A stretch of 64,000 nucleotides of DNA from an uncultured Clostridia bacterium (GTDB taxonomy: Bacteria; Bacillota; Clostridia; TANB77; CAG-508), in assembly GCA_934167835.1 (NCBI GenBank), contig CAKPLZ010000006.1:31510-95509 (forward strand), written 5' to 3'. The notes under the pieces are model-generated. The model was given only the letters and a program-made list of their open reading frames with translations. It was not told where the DNA came from and ran no database searches. The first letter of the stretch is position 1, and every line of letters begins with the position of its first letter. Shown one piece after another: positions 19,815 to 30,060 of the stretch. The position numbers and the translations under genes were made by a program.

Positions 19815-20039
19815 TTAAAGTGCATCGGGAACACTTAAGGTTGCAAATACCTTTTTTAAATTATTTTCAAAGTTATTTACTCTTTGAAGTTGCTCTATTG
19901 TTGTTGCATTAAATTTAAGCCACTTGTTTGTATCCTGCATTTTGAAGTAACCTTCTAGTGTTTCTACAGATGCTGGTATTAATTCTTTGTCTTGTTTGTT
20001 CTTCAAATCTTTTAATAACTGTTGAAATCGCTCAAGCAT
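19815..20039 (-). CDS. Hypothetical phage protein
   Basis: 74-aa ORF with RBS. Confidence 0.45.
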   Translation of the reverse strand: MLERFQQLLKDLKNKQDKELIPASVETLEGYFKMQDTNKWLKFNATTIEQLQRVNNFENNLKKVFATLSVPDAL

Positions 20040-20063
20040 AATGATTTCCTCCTCCTTTCTTAA

Positions 20064-20216
20064 TTATTTCATATATTTTTTTACTGCTAATATAAATATA
20101 ATTAGCAAAGTTAATATCTTTAATATAACTTGTCCAGTTAAAGCAGCTCCACAATCAAGTTCCCCAATTTGTCCAAGTATTGCAAAAAAGCTAATTAATG
20201 CTATTATTTTTCTCAT
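20064..20216 (-). CDS. Small hydrophobic protein (50 aa, hypothetical)
   Basis: MRKIIALISFFAILGQ... peptide with RBS; too short for the ORF track. Confidence 0.3.
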   Translation of the reverse strand: MRKIIALISFFAILGQIGELDCGAALTGQVILKILTLLIIFILAVKKYMK

Positions 20217-20233
20217 TTGATTTTCCCCCTTTT

Positions 20234-20518
20234 CTAAACAACCCTGTTCAACTCCAGATTAATTTTTCTTTTCTGAAAGTCAACATTAATTGTTTTGCTC
20301 TTTGTCTTTCTTTTTATAGGTTTTATTTCTAAAGTGTCTTGTGCTAATTGTTTTTGGGTTTCAACAAATTCTTTAATGTCTTGTATGTCAAATCTGTAAT
20401 CTCTTGTTCCAACTTTAAAACATTTTAGCCCTTGTCTTATAAACTTATGTATTGTTCTGTTGTCTTTTACTCTAAAGAATTGTTTTGTTTCCTCTATTGT
20501 TAATAAATGTTGTTCCAC
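20234..20518 (-). CDS. Excisionase-family / MerR-like HTH DNA-binding protein
   Basis: LLTIEETKQFFRVKDNRTIHKFIRQG HTH at the N-terminus. Confidence 0.6.
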   Translation of the reverse strand: MEQHLLTIEETKQFFRVKDNRTIHKFIRQGLKCFKVGTRDYRFDIQDIKEFVETQKQLAQDTLEIKPIKRKTKSKTINVDFQKRKINLELNRVV

Positions 20519-20532
20519 TATTGCCTCCTTTC

Positions 20533-20546
20533 GTGAATTTATTCAC
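20533..20546. promoter_or_regulatory. Operator-like inverted repeat GTGAAT-TT-ATTCAC
   Basis: Same 14-mer as at 20786-20799; lies just upstream of the RBS of the 20518 gene. Confidence 0.55.
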
Positions 20547-20549
20547 ATA

Positions 20550-20765
20550 CTAAATTAAAAAAATATATTTTTTATAATCTAATTTATGTTTATTGCAATA
20601 TTTTATAATTGCACCACAAAATATTGCACCAGCACCTTTACCCTTATTTTTAAAAACCTTGTTGACATGTGTTCTTTCTATTCCTGTTGCTTCAGCAAAA
20701 AGTGTTTGATTTCCATTAAATTTTTCTTTAAGTAACTCCTCCAACGCTACTATATTTACTTCCAT
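20550..20765 (-). CDS. Cro-like XRE-family HTH regulator
   Basis: 71 aa with NQTLFAEATGIERTHVNKVF HTH; divergent from the CI-like gene. Confidence 0.65.
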   Translation of the reverse strand: MEVNIVALEELLKEKFNGNQTLFAEATGIERTHVNKVFKNKGKGAGAIFCGAIIKYCNKHKLDYKKYIFLI

Positions 20766-20785
20766 TATCCCACCTCTTTTTCTTT

Positions 20786-20799
20786 GTGAATTTATTCAC
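20786..20799. promoter_or_regulatory. Operator-like inverted repeat GTGAAT-TT-ATTCAC in the CI/Cro intergenic region
   Basis: Identical 14-mer to 20533-20546; additional TTCACA/TTGAAT half-sites at 20855-20885. Confidence 0.55.
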
Positions 20800-20915
20800 G
20801 ATGTAATAATACTATATATTTTTTATATTGTCAATAGTTTTTTGAGATTTTTTTCACATTTTTTTATTGAATTTTTTCACACTCTATGCTATACTTGATT
20901 TAGAGGTGTTTTAGT

Positions 20916-21875
20916 ATGTTTAATCAAGAAGAATTTTCAAAAATATTAACTAAAATCAATTGTAGTTATGATACAATGACAGACTTTGCTAAAAAAGCAT
21001 CCTTTGACCGAACTTATATTTCTAAATACATTAACAAAAAATTAAAAAACCCACCTACTCCAAAAATATTAGAAAAAATAGCAAATGCTTCTAACGGTAT
21101 CACAACATATACAGAGCTTATGATAATTTGTGGATATATCGAAAAAAATAGCTCATTTGGTAAAAATTTTAATAAAATAAATGATTTTCAAAATAAATTT
21201 AAAGAGATGTATAAAGGCTTAAATTTATCAAGCATAGAAGGAAAATATTTTAACGATTATATGAAAAAGTTTTTAGAAATGACTTTTGAACAACATATTG
21301 ACCAAAAGCAGGCACTAGAAAATATTGAAAGAGAACTCAAAAATAATATTAAAGATATACAATCATGTACTAAAATAATAAAAGCAATAAAAATAAATAT
21401 AAACTCACTAATTTTAGAATCTAATTTATACGAGTTAGATTCTATGCTGTTAAATAAATCAAAAAACTTAACACCAAAATACTACATGTGCCCAGTCTAT
21501 GGTCGCATATCAGCAGGACAACCTAACTGGGCAGAAGAATGTATAGAGGGTAGAATACCTATTGATCCAGATTTGATGAATATTGCAGAACCGGAAGAAT
21601 GTTTTTTCCTTCGTGTAAATGGAGAAAGTATGAACAAAGAAATAAAAAATGGTGCTTATGCTCTTATTAGAAAAACTGATGTAGTTGAAAACGGAGATAT
21701 TGCTGTTGTATTGGTAAATGGGTATGATGCTACATTAAAGAAGTTCTCTAAACAAGGAGATTTGATAATATTGGAACCAATGAGTACTGACACAAGTTTT
21801 ACTACTCAGGTTTATGGAAAAGACACAGAAATAAAGATAATTGGTAAATATATTGGTAAAATGGAGATGAAATAA
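20916..21875 (+). CDS. CI-like repressor with C-terminal S24 (LexA-type) autopeptidase domain
   Basis: N-terminal HTH-like region; C-terminus has GRISAGQP.., NGESM (Ser nucleophile) and a downstream Lys. Confidence 0.8.
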   Translation: MFNQEEFSKILTKINCSYDTMTDFAKKASFDRTYISKYINKKLKNPPTPKILEKIANASNGITTYTELMIICGYIEKNSSFGKNFNKINDFQNKFKEMYKGLNLSSIEGKYFNDYMKKFLEMTFEQHIDQKQALENIERELKNNIKDIQSCTKIIKAIKININSLILESNLYELDSMLLNKSKNLTPKYYMCPVYGRISAGQPNWAEECIEGRIPIDPDLMNIAEPEECFFLRVNGESMNKEIKNGAYALIRKTDVVENGDIAVVLVNGYDATLKKFSKQGDLIILEPMSTDTSFTTQVYGKDTEIKIIGKYIGKMEMK

Positions 21876-22978
21876 TGGCAGGATATAAAAGAGAAGTTCG
21901 ACTTGGTGTATGGAGATTAGAATATCAGCTAGACAGTGAAAAGTATAGTAAAAATGTAAAAGCCAAAACTCCCACACAAGCAGAAAAACTATTGGCTAAG
22001 TTCATAACAGAAATCGAGGAAGGTACTTATCAAAGTTCAAACACTGTTACTTTTTCTGAGTTTGCTCAAACATACTTAGATAACTACGCTAGACAGCAAT
22101 GTAGACCTATAACTGTACAGGGTTATAAAGGGCTATTAAATAACCGAATATTAAAATATTTGGGAAGCTATAAGATAGGGAAAATAACTCCTTCTATATT
22201 AAATTCCTTTTATAATACAATTGCAAATGAAAAAGTTAAAAAGGATATTAATGGAGAAGTAGTTGAATATTATACATTTGGTCAAGAACACTTAAATAAG
22301 CATTATAATTTAATAAGTGGCATACTTTCCTATGCTGTAAAAATGAATATACTAAAAATTAATCCTAATAAGAATGTACCAAAACCCAAAACTAAAAGAC
22401 ATGAAGTTAAAAGAAGAAACTTCTATACCCCAGAACAATTAAAACTATTTATAAAAAAATTGGAAAAATCTAATAATGTAAATTTTAAGTTGCTTTGTTA
22501 TTTGGCTATAACATTAGGTCTTAGAAAAGCCGAAAGCTATGGAACAAATAAACTATCCCTACAATTTGATGAAAATAAGTTCTGGGTTAATACTTCTTGT
22601 GAATATGTACCTCATCAAGGCAAAATTTATACAGATTTAAAAACAACTGGTTCTGATAGGATTTTAGAAATGCCAGAAATCATAAAAAAAATGCTTATCA
22701 ATTATAATTTTGAAACTGAATATCTATTTGAAAACATTTCAGTAAGCACTATAGACAAATGGCTAAGGGCATTTGTAAAAGAAAATAATTTACCTAAAAT
22801 TTCTTATCACGAATTGAGACATACTCACGCAACATATTTGTTAAGCAATGGAACAGATTTAAAAACAGTTCAAAATAGGTTGGGGCATACGGATATATCA
22901 ACTACAAACATTTATGTTCACGCCTTAGAAAGTAATGATAAAAAAGCAACAAAAAAAATAGACAAGTTATTTAAGTAA
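21875..22978 (+). CDS. int: Tyrosine site-specific integrase
   Basis: [12 protein letters not shown] and [14 protein letters not shown] catalytic motifs; adjacent to the tRNA. Confidence 0.9.
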   Translation: MAGYKREVRLGVWRLEYQLDSEKYSKNVKAKTPTQAEKLLAKFITEIEEGTYQSSNTVTFSEFAQTYLDNYARQQCRPITVQGYKGLLNNRILKYLGSYKIGKITPSILNSFYNTIANEKVKKDINGEVVEYYTFGQEHLNKHYNLISGILSYAVKMNILKINPNKNVPKPKTKRHEVKRRNFYTPEQLKLFIKKLEKSNNVNFKLLCYLAITLGLRKAESYGTNKLSLQFDENKFWVNTSCEYVPHQGKIYTDLKTTGSDRILEMPEIIKKMLINYNFETEYLFENISVSTIDKWLRAFVKENNLPKISYHELRHTHATYLLSNGTDLKTVQNRLGHTDISTTNIYVHALESNDKKATKKIDKLFK

Positions 22979-23036
22979 TTTTTTTAAGCACAAGTTCGCC
23001 TAAATTTCGCCTAAACTTATCTATCTCCTTTGGAAG

Positions 23037-23113
23037 TGGTGCACTTAGCTGGATTCGAACCAGCGGCCTCTCCCTTAGGAGGGGAGCGCTCTATCCACCT
23101 GAGCTATAAATGC
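23037..23113 (-). tRNA. tRNA-Arg (anticodon CCU, reads AGG), CCA encoded
   Basis: Folded by hand: 7-bp acceptor (GCATTTA/TAAGTGC), D arm GCTC/GAGC, anticodon stem CTCCC/GGGAG with 7-nt loop CTCCTAA, T arm GCTGG-TTCGAAT-CCAGC. Confidence 0.9.
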
Positions 23114-23184
23114 GTGTACCTTTTATATTTTATATCAACTTTTTAAAAATTTCAATAACCAGAGTTTGAAAACTCTTGCTCTGG

Positions 23185-23841
23185 TTATATATTTTCATTT
23201 TCATCAACTTGCTTTTTTATTTTATTTGCTTTTCTTCTAATCCTAGACATTGCAGTATCTACAGATTTTGTTTTGCAATTTAGTTTGTTTGCAATTTCCT
23301 CATAAGTTCTGTTTTGTTCATAGTATTTCAATACATTTCTTTCATGTTCACTTAAATTATCATTTATTGTTTTATTAATAAATTTAAAATACTCCTTTTT
23401 TGCAATTTCCTCTGAAGGGTCTTCTATACAATGAGCATTTAAAATATCAACAATTTCCTTATCACTTTCATCACTTTCATCAAAAATTTGTGCATTTATT
23501 GAAAATGCTGAATTAAGTGGAATATTTTTTTGCCTATTTGCTGTTTTTATTGCAGTAATTATCTGTCGTTCAATACACATATTAGCAAATGTTTTAAAGG
23601 AATTTTGCTTGTCATTACTAAAAGCCTTCGTTGCTTTATAAAGGCCAATTAATCCCTCTTGAACAATATCCCCTTTTTCTGCCCCAACAATAAAGAACTT
23701 GCTTGCCTTCATATTAACAAGCTCAGCATACTTATCCATTATATAATCCAAAGCCTGAGAATCCCCAGCTTTAATTTGCTCAATAACTACTTCATCTGTC
23801 ATATCATTATAATTCTTAGCCAAATTGGTCTTAACTGTCAT
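23185..23841 (-). CDS. sigH: RNA polymerase sigma factor SigH (Spo0H-like)
   Basis: DIVQEGLIGLYKATKAF and ERQIITAIKTANRQKNIPLNS match the SigH signature; C-terminal region 4 HTH. Confidence 0.8.
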   Translation of the reverse strand: MTVKTNLAKNYNDMTDEVVIEQIKAGDSQALDYIMDKYAELVNMKASKFFIVGAEKGDIVQEGLIGLYKATKAFSNDKQNSFKTFANMCIERQIITAIKTANRQKNIPLNSAFSINAQIFDESDESDKEIVDILNAHCIEDPSEEIAKKEYFKFINKTINDNLSEHERNVLKYYEQNRTYEEIANKLNCKTKSVDTAMSRIRRKANKIKKQVDENENI

Positions 23842-24022
23842 TTCTTTATCAGTAACCTCCTATAAACATAAACTTGAAAATTATTACCAATAAATTTCTA
23901 TATTTTGCTACATAATAGCATTTTATCACAAGTTTGGTGGTTTAACAAGGGGTTTGGGGGAAGTTTTGTGATTTATTTAGATTACTTTTTAATATGTTGT
24001 CAAATACAACAAACATACCAAT

Positions 24023-25829
24023 ATTTACATTCTACTTTATTTAAATTACTACGCAAACTAGGTTTTCGAACTCGCCTACGAAGGCCTTTATTTACATTCT
24101 ACTTTATTTAAATTACTACAGAAGCAGGAGCATTAGGATTACTTACAAAAGATGAATTTACATTCTACTTTATTTAAATTACTACCATTATTGTGTTTAT
24201 TGCAATCTATATGATTAACAAAATTTACATTCTACTTTATTTAAATTACTACTCAATTTTTCCTTCATTCATAAATTTCTTTACTTGTATATTTACATTC
24301 TACTTTATTTAAATTACTACTTCCACTCTACTACATTACCTTCGCTATCAAGAATATTTACATTCTACTTTATTTAAATTACTACTTTTAGTTTTTATTG
24401 TTGGTTCTTTTTACTATGTAAATTTACATTCTACTTTATTTAAATTACTACCCAAATAGAAGTAGAAGAGGGGAGAAGTTTCTATTTATTTACATTCTAC
24501 TTTATTTAAATTACTACTTATTGATATGTCTTGGTATGCACCATTTAAAAATTAATTTACATTCTACTTTATTTAAATTACTACAAAATCGAAATAGAAG
24601 AGGGGATAGGCTTTTATATATTTACATTCTACTTTATTTAAATTACTACACCATCTTTTTTTATCCACCAGTCTCCAGAGCTGTAATTTACATTCTACTT
24701 TATTTAAATTACTACTTCTATCGTAAATTCTTTTGTACTTAATGTCGCTATTTACATTCTACTTTATTTAAATTACTACTGAAAGAAAAACGAAGTTTAT
24801 TTAATATAGTTTTATTTACATTCTACTTTATTTAAATTACTACTCAAAATTCAAAAAAATATACAATTTTTGTATAATAAATTTACATTCTACTTTATTT
24901 AAATTACTACATATAAAAAAGTGTAAAGAAAAAGGTTTAACATACATTTACATTCTACTTTATTTAAATTACTACTTCGAGATTTCCTTTCATAAAATTA
25001 GTTTGAATTGTATTTACATTCTACTTTATTTAAATTACTACAGCGGGACAAAAGCAACATGGACTATTTCTAGAATATTTACATTCTACTTTATTTAAAT
25101 TACTACTGAAGGTATTGACTTTGCTATAATACGATTAGGCTAATTTACATTCTACTTTATTTAAATTACTACACTTTCAAGCGAAATCGACTTGCCGGTA
25201 CAAGGAGAATTTACATTCTACTTTATTTAAATTACTACGCATCAACATTATTAACGGGACCCGTTGCAACAGGATTTACATTCTACTTTATTTAAATTAC
25301 TACTTGAATGATTACACATTATATGTAGTAGAAGATGTTAGATTTACATTCTACTTTATTTAAATTACTACTAATCAAAGCAAATTTAGTAGTAAAGGAG
25401 TAATTAATTTACATTCTACTTTATTTAAATTACTACGTAGAAAGTGGTCAAACTGCAGTTGTTCTTATTAAATTTACATTCTACTTTATTTAAATTACTA
25501 CTTAAGTAGAAAACTAGACAGAAAAGTTAATGAATATTTATTTACATTCTACTTTATTTAAATTACTACTCTAAAAGCAATGAAAAAAGATATACCTTAT
25601 TTGTATTTACATTCTACTTTATTTAAATTACTACATAGAAAACGTTTAAAAGTAAGACTATGGCTAGTATTTACATTCTACTTTATTTAAATTACTACAT
25701 TAATCAAAACAGATACAATTAACCTTAAAAGTTTATTTACATTCTACTTTATTTAAATTACTACATAATCATATACATACGCCCAACTATTTTGCTCTAA
25801 TTTACATTCTACTTTATTTAAATTACTAC
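24023..25829 (-). CRISPR. CRISPR array, 28 identical 30-bp repeats, 27 spacers (34-38 bp), transcribed on the minus strand
   Basis: Repeat on the plus strand is ATTTACATTCTACTTTATTTAAATTACTAC. On the minus strand it reads GTAGTAATTTAAATAAAGTAGAATGTAAAT, ending ...GAATGTAAAT like clostridial I-B repeats. Counted by hand. Confidence 0.97.
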
Positions 25830-26012
25830 AGTACCCCTTTATTGCCCTCTGCCACAGTGCCTCGTGGTCTCTTTTCTGTCTATGCCTTATATTTTATACT
25901 ATTTTTTTCATTTTTTCAACCACTACTTTTTTAGTTTAATTGATATTCTAAGTTTCTCCATCTCTGTCTTTCTCATAGCATTTTCTCATTATTACACATC
26001 GACAGATTCATC
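25830..26012 (-). promoter_or_regulatory. CRISPR leader
   Basis: Non-coding AT-rich segment between the cas2 stop and the first (newest-end) repeat. Confidence 0.6.
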
Positions 26013-26297
26013 TCATAAAAAATTGCTTGTTTTATCATCTTCTATCTTGCCAAGAAATTCTTTATCAAGCCATTTTTGATTTCTACTTTTGAACAGTATA
26101 ACACTATCTTTTTCTTCTCTAATGTATTGATCAAGCTCTGCTTTTAGTTTTATGGCTTGTGATTCTAATAGTTCACCTTCAAATACTGAGTTTTGAATGT
26201 GTACCAAATACTTTTTGCAAGTTTTAAATACATTTTTTAAAACCTTTTGTCCTGCTTTTTCTTCTAAATTCACATCATAAACTAATATTACATACAT
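26013..26297 (-). CDS. cas2: CRISPR-associated endoribonuclease Cas2
   Basis: MYVILVYDV... beta1 motif; 94 aa; last gene of the operon. Confidence 0.9.
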   Translation of the reverse strand: MYVILVYDVNLEEKAGQKVLKNVFKTCKKYLVHIQNSVFEGELLESQAIKLKAELDQYIREEKDSVILFKSRNQKWLDKEFLGKIEDDKTSNFL

Positions 26298-26298
26298 C

Positions 26299-27291
26299 TT
26301 ACCACCACATTTTAAACCCTTCATATTCAGTATCTTCTAACAATGATTTTATTATCTTATATATTTCTAGTCTCATCAGATATTCATAGCTTACTTCTCT
26401 GCCTAGTGTTTTATGTTTTATTGTTGTTTGAAGCCTTAAGTCAATTTGCTTGGTTATTTCTTTTCTTGCATTTTCCTTTATATATAGGAAATTTAGTCCA
26501 TTCTCAAAGTCTTTTTCTGTTATTTGTTTTTTGTTGAGCATTGAAAAAATCAGCCTATCTCCTATAATTGGTTTGAATATTTCCGCTATATCTAAACACA
26601 GAGAAAATCTACGTTCTGAAGGTTCATGTAGATAACTTATTGTTGGATTTAATTGAGTTTTATATATTTCACTTAATACTCGTGTATATATTATTGTGTT
26701 CACATAAGAGATTAATGAATTTATTGCATTATCTGGTGGATTTTTTACTCTCTTTTCAAAACCAATATCTTGATTTATTATTATGTTCCAAGTGTCATAG
26801 TAAAGTTTTCTAATGTTTCCTTCTACTCCCATAAGTTCTTCTACATTTTTTGTTAATCCTATTTGCTTTCTTAAAAATTCTATTTCTTTCATATATCCAC
26901 TCAGGTCTTTACCTCTATTGTTGTAGTATGTTAAGTTTCTGTATATATTATATGATGCCGCTTCTATAAACGCTTGTGCAATTTTTAACCTTTTTTCATT
27001 ATTTTCATAACTTCGAACTTGCTTTATTAGTAACTTTCCAGATACCAAAGCCTCTTTTGGATAATATGTTCCTGTGTAAAATCCATAGTAATTAAAGAAA
27101 TGAACATTTATTCCAAATTGAGATAGAAAGTTCAAAAGGCTTGTATTAAAATCAAATTCTGTCATAACATATATGTCATCAACTCTTTCAACCGGTATGA
27201 CTTTTTTAGTTGCATCTTTATATACAATTTCCAAAGTGTTATCTTTTCTTTGTAATCTACCACTTTTATATAAATAATATGATTGTTTCAC
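26299..27291 (-). CDS. cas1: CRISPR-associated endonuclease Cas1
   Basis: About 330 aa starting (GTG) KQSYYLYKSGRLQRKDNTL after a GGAGG RBS. Confidence 0.9.
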   Translation of the reverse strand: MKQSYYLYKSGRLQRKDNTLEIVYKDATKKVIPVERVDDIYVMTEFDFNTSLLNFLSQFGINVHFFNYYGFYTGTYYPKEALVSGKLLIKQVRSYENNEKRLKIAQAFIEAASYNIYRNLTYYNNRGKDLSGYMKEIEFLRKQIGLTKNVEELMGVEGNIRKLYYDTWNIIINQDIGFEKRVKNPPDNAINSLISYVNTIIYTRVLSEIYKTQLNPTISYLHEPSERRFSLCLDIAEIFKPIIGDRLIFSMLNKKQITEKDFENGLNFLYIKENARKEITKQIDLRLQTTIKHKTLGREVSYEYLMRLEIYKIIKSLLEDTEYEGFKMWW

Positions 27292-27302
27292 TTTTCCTCC
27301 TT

Positions 27303-27791
27303 TTAAACATAGCACAAGTCAAAATATGCGCATTTCTTGCATGTTTTTGAATTTATAATTGGAGGTGTTTTTTCAGTATTGGCTATGTCTTTTATATTTT
27401 TAATAACATTATTTAATACTTTTCTGTCTTCATCTTCTAGTTCTATATCTTTGGTTTCTCTAAGCAATGGATAATCGATTTTTGCTTTAATATTCTTTAT
27501 TCCCCTTTGTTCTAAGTAGTATATGTAATATTTTACTTGCCATATACCCGCTTCTTCTATTGACTTTGTTTTCTTTACTTCATGCAATACTGCACCATTT
27601 TTTACGAAGTCAATATTTATAGTATTATCAATCAAAATATTATGTTTTTCTCTGTTATATGATGTTTCATCAAGTACCTTGCCAATAGAAACAAGTTCGC
27701 TATTTTGTTCCATGTTAATTTCATTTATGAAATACCATAACTTTCTAGGGCATATAAAGTAATAATATATCATTATTCCTGTAACATTCAT
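27303..27791 (-). CDS. cas4: CRISPR-associated exonuclease Cas4
   Basis: RecB-like fold with N-terminal Cys and C-terminal CKKCAYFDLC Fe-S cluster motif. Confidence 0.9.
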   Translation of the reverse strand: MNVTGIMIYYYFICPRKLWYFINEINMEQNSELVSIGKVLDETSYNREKHNILIDNTINIDFVKNGAVLHEVKKTKSIEEAGIWQVKYYIYYLEQRGIKNIKAKIDYPLLRETKDIELEDEDRKVLNNVIKNIKDIANTEKTPPIINSKTCKKCAYFDLCYV

Positions 27792-27804
27792 GTTTCATCA
27801 CCTC

Positions 27805-30012
27805 CTATAAAAAACGCTTATCTGTATTTCCCTCTGAAGTTTCTTCCAATATTAGTCCTCTATCCTTATCATAAGGAAAATCAGCTATAAAAATATTGTC
27901 GTTAGGCATATATGGAATTTTTGTTATGTTCTCTAAGCGCTTACTATATTTTGAAATTTCCACACTAACAGTTAGTTTATTTATTTCTCTTTTAATTCTT
28001 TGTTTTTCTTTATAGTCTTTGCATTGTTGATATTCTTCAAATAAATTAATATTTGTTTCATATATTGCTTTGGGAATTACTGTTGTATTATTTATATTTC
28101 TTAGCATTTTTTGTGCTGTTTCTTTATTAGCTTCATAGTCTACTATGTTTTCTAAAAATCTCATTCCTGCTTTGAAATCATCATAAAATTTGGTGTTTTC
28201 TAGCATATCTTTAGAGTACAAAACATCTACTAGTTTTACTTTTGTTTCTTCATCTAAAATTTGTTCATTGTATTCTTTTAAAAGTTTAATACTATTTTGA
28301 TGTATTTGTTCATTATATACACTTTTTTCTCCTATTCCACTCGCATTTTGGGTATATATGTAAATATTGGGTTCGTTTTCTTTGTATTCTCTTTTCCTAT
28401 AACATCTTCCTAACCTTTGGAATAGGCTATCTAATGTTGACATCTCAGTGTATAAATAGTCAAAGTCTATATCTAATGAAGCTTCTACTATTTGTGTACT
28501 TATCCATATTCCATGATTTTCTTTTTCATTTGAAAATTCTTTTATTCTATTTTCTTTATCACTTCTATCTTTTTGAATGAATCTGGAATGTAATAAATTT
28601 ACATTTTCTTCTCCATTTTCTTTTATTTTTGTATATATTTCTATTGCCTTTTTTACTGTGTTTGCTATTACTAGAACCTTTCTGTTTCTTGTTTTTTCGC
28701 ATATTGAATTAATGTCTTCTATTATTTCTTTGTCTTCTAATCTTATTTTGTGCCTTAGTTTTCTACTTGTTACCTTTTTGTATTCAAATTCAATATTCAT
28801 TTTTTCTAATTCTTCTTTATATATTCTTGGCAGTGTAGCAGTCATTACCATAAATTGTCCTCCAAGTTGGTATATTTTTTGTAGCCCTGTTAGTATTATT
28901 GCTACTATATCTGGGCTATATGCTTGTACTTCATCAATTATAACTTTTGAATACCCAAGTGTTGAATACATTTTTTCATACCCTTTATATTTGAACACAA
29001 AAGGAAATATCTGATCAATTGTGCAGGTTGTTATTTTGTAGTATAAATTCCTTGTTTTTCCATATATTTCTTCTTCATCTTCATATTTTTGTTTTCCTTC
29101 CAAGTAATCTAATGCTGTTGAATGTAATAAGCCTAAATTTGTATATCCCATATTTTCGCTTATTCTATCATATATTGCATTTATGCTTGCTCTTATTGGA
29201 AGTGTGAAAAATGTTTTACTATTTTTACTCCATAGCAATGCTGATTCTGTTTTTCCTATTCCAGTTGAACCAATAATCAACAAGTTTTTATTTTGATTTT
29301 TTTGTGAAAATTCTTGCAATTCGTTTTTATGAAAATCATGGTCTTCCATAAATTCTTCTGTGCATTTTTCAATGACTTGTCCATTTTCATTTTCAACTGC
29401 AATTTCTGCAGAACTACTATGGTCTAATCTATGAAGAAGTCCCTTTAACATACAATACTCTGGGTATATTTTCTTATACAAATGATGGTGTTCTGTGATT
29501 CTATCTCCAATATACTTTACATATCTTTCATCTATTTTCTCCCTAATATCTATTTTCAGCTCTTGTTTTATTTTATCTATATTGGGATAAACATCTTTTT
29601 CAATTATTCTTCTAATATACTCTTTTGAAATCTCCTTATTTTCCCTCTCATGATGATAGTATATTGCTTGATATACCAAGACCTTTTCATCTTCAGTTAA
29701 TCCTAGTTTTTCCACTGGTACAAACATTGGAGATAGTTGTTCATGTTTTACTTTTTCATAATTAAATTCTGTTTCAATGATTTTTTCTCCTAATTTTTGT
29801 CGTATTATATTTTGAAATGGTGTATATACTTTACCTATGTCATGGTATTTACATATAATTTCTAATAAATACCAAAACCTTTCATTAACAAAATCTTTAT
29901 TTCGTTCAATATCTTTGCTGTATATATTTTTTAATACCTTTAAATTTTCTAGTAATATATTTGTATGCTCCATTATTGTTTCTTTAGGTTTAGATTTTGC
30001 ATAATATGTCAT
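27805..30012 (-). CDS. cas3: CRISPR-associated helicase/nuclease Cas3 (HD + DEAD-box)
   Basis: HD motif (YHDIGK), Walker A GSTGIGKTE, DEVQ box. Confidence 0.92.
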   Translation of the reverse strand: MTYYAKSKPKETIMEHTNILLENLKVLKNIYSKDIERNKDFVNERFWYLLEIICKYHDIGKVYTPFQNIIRQKLGEKIIETEFNYEKVKHEQLSPMFVPVEKLGLTEDEKVLVYQAIYYHHERENKEISKEYIRRIIEKDVYPNIDKIKQELKIDIREKIDERYVKYIGDRITEHHHLYKKIYPEYCMLKGLLHRLDHSSSAEIAVENENGQVIEKCTEEFMEDHDFHKNELQEFSQKNQNKNLLIIGSTGIGKTESALLWSKNSKTFFTLPIRASINAIYDRISENMGYTNLGLLHSTALDYLEGKQKYEDEEEIYGKTRNLYYKITTCTIDQIFPFVFKYKGYEKMYSTLGYSKVIIDEVQAYSPDIVAIILTGLQKIYQLGGQFMVMTATLPRIYKEELEKMNIEFEYKKVTSRKLRHKIRLEDKEIIEDINSICEKTRNRKVLVIANTVKKAIEIYTKIKENGEENVNLLHSRFIQKDRSDKENRIKEFSNEKENHGIWISTQIVEASLDIDFDYLYTEMSTLDSLFQRLGRCYRKREYKENEPNIYIYTQNASGIGEKSVYNEQIHQNSIKLLKEYNEQILDEETKVKLVDVLYSKDMLENTKFYDDFKAGMRFLENIVDYEANKETAQKMLRNINNTTVIPKAIYETNINLFEEYQQCKDYKEKQRIKREINKLTVSVEISKYSKRLENITKIPYMPNDNIFIADFPYDKDRGLILEETSEGNTDKRFL

Positions 30013-30060
30013 TAATTTCACTCCCTTTACAACAAAACGGCATGATCTGCCGTTTCGTTT

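Larger units (their letters stand above)
1..23060. mobile_element. Temperate siphovirus-like prophage (partial; left end outside the window) integrated beside tRNA-Arg(CCU)
   Basis: Contiguous late structural module, replication module, divergent CI/Cro switch and a tyrosine integrase whose 3' end abuts the 3' end of a tRNA gene. Confidence 0.9.

Noticed and set aside
23037-23113. tRNA-Arg as the agent that decodes or suppresses the CGG sites
   Set aside because: The anticodon loop is a normal 7 nt with anticodon CCU (reads AGG). It is neither a CCG anticodon nor an expanded loop.
24521-24742. 73-aa ORF inside the CRISPR array
   Set aside because: It is built from repeat units read in frame (HSTLFKLL recurs), so it is an artefact of the array.
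24023-25829. Self-targeting spacers against the resident prophage
   Set aside because: I could not find a convincing match by eye between any of the 27 spacers and 1-23 kb. This needs a computational search before any claim.
26298-26324. N-terminal extension of cas2 (MKGLKCGGK...) given by the ORF track
   Set aside because: It overlaps the cas1 end. The conserved Cas2 N-terminus MYVILVYDV begins at 26297.
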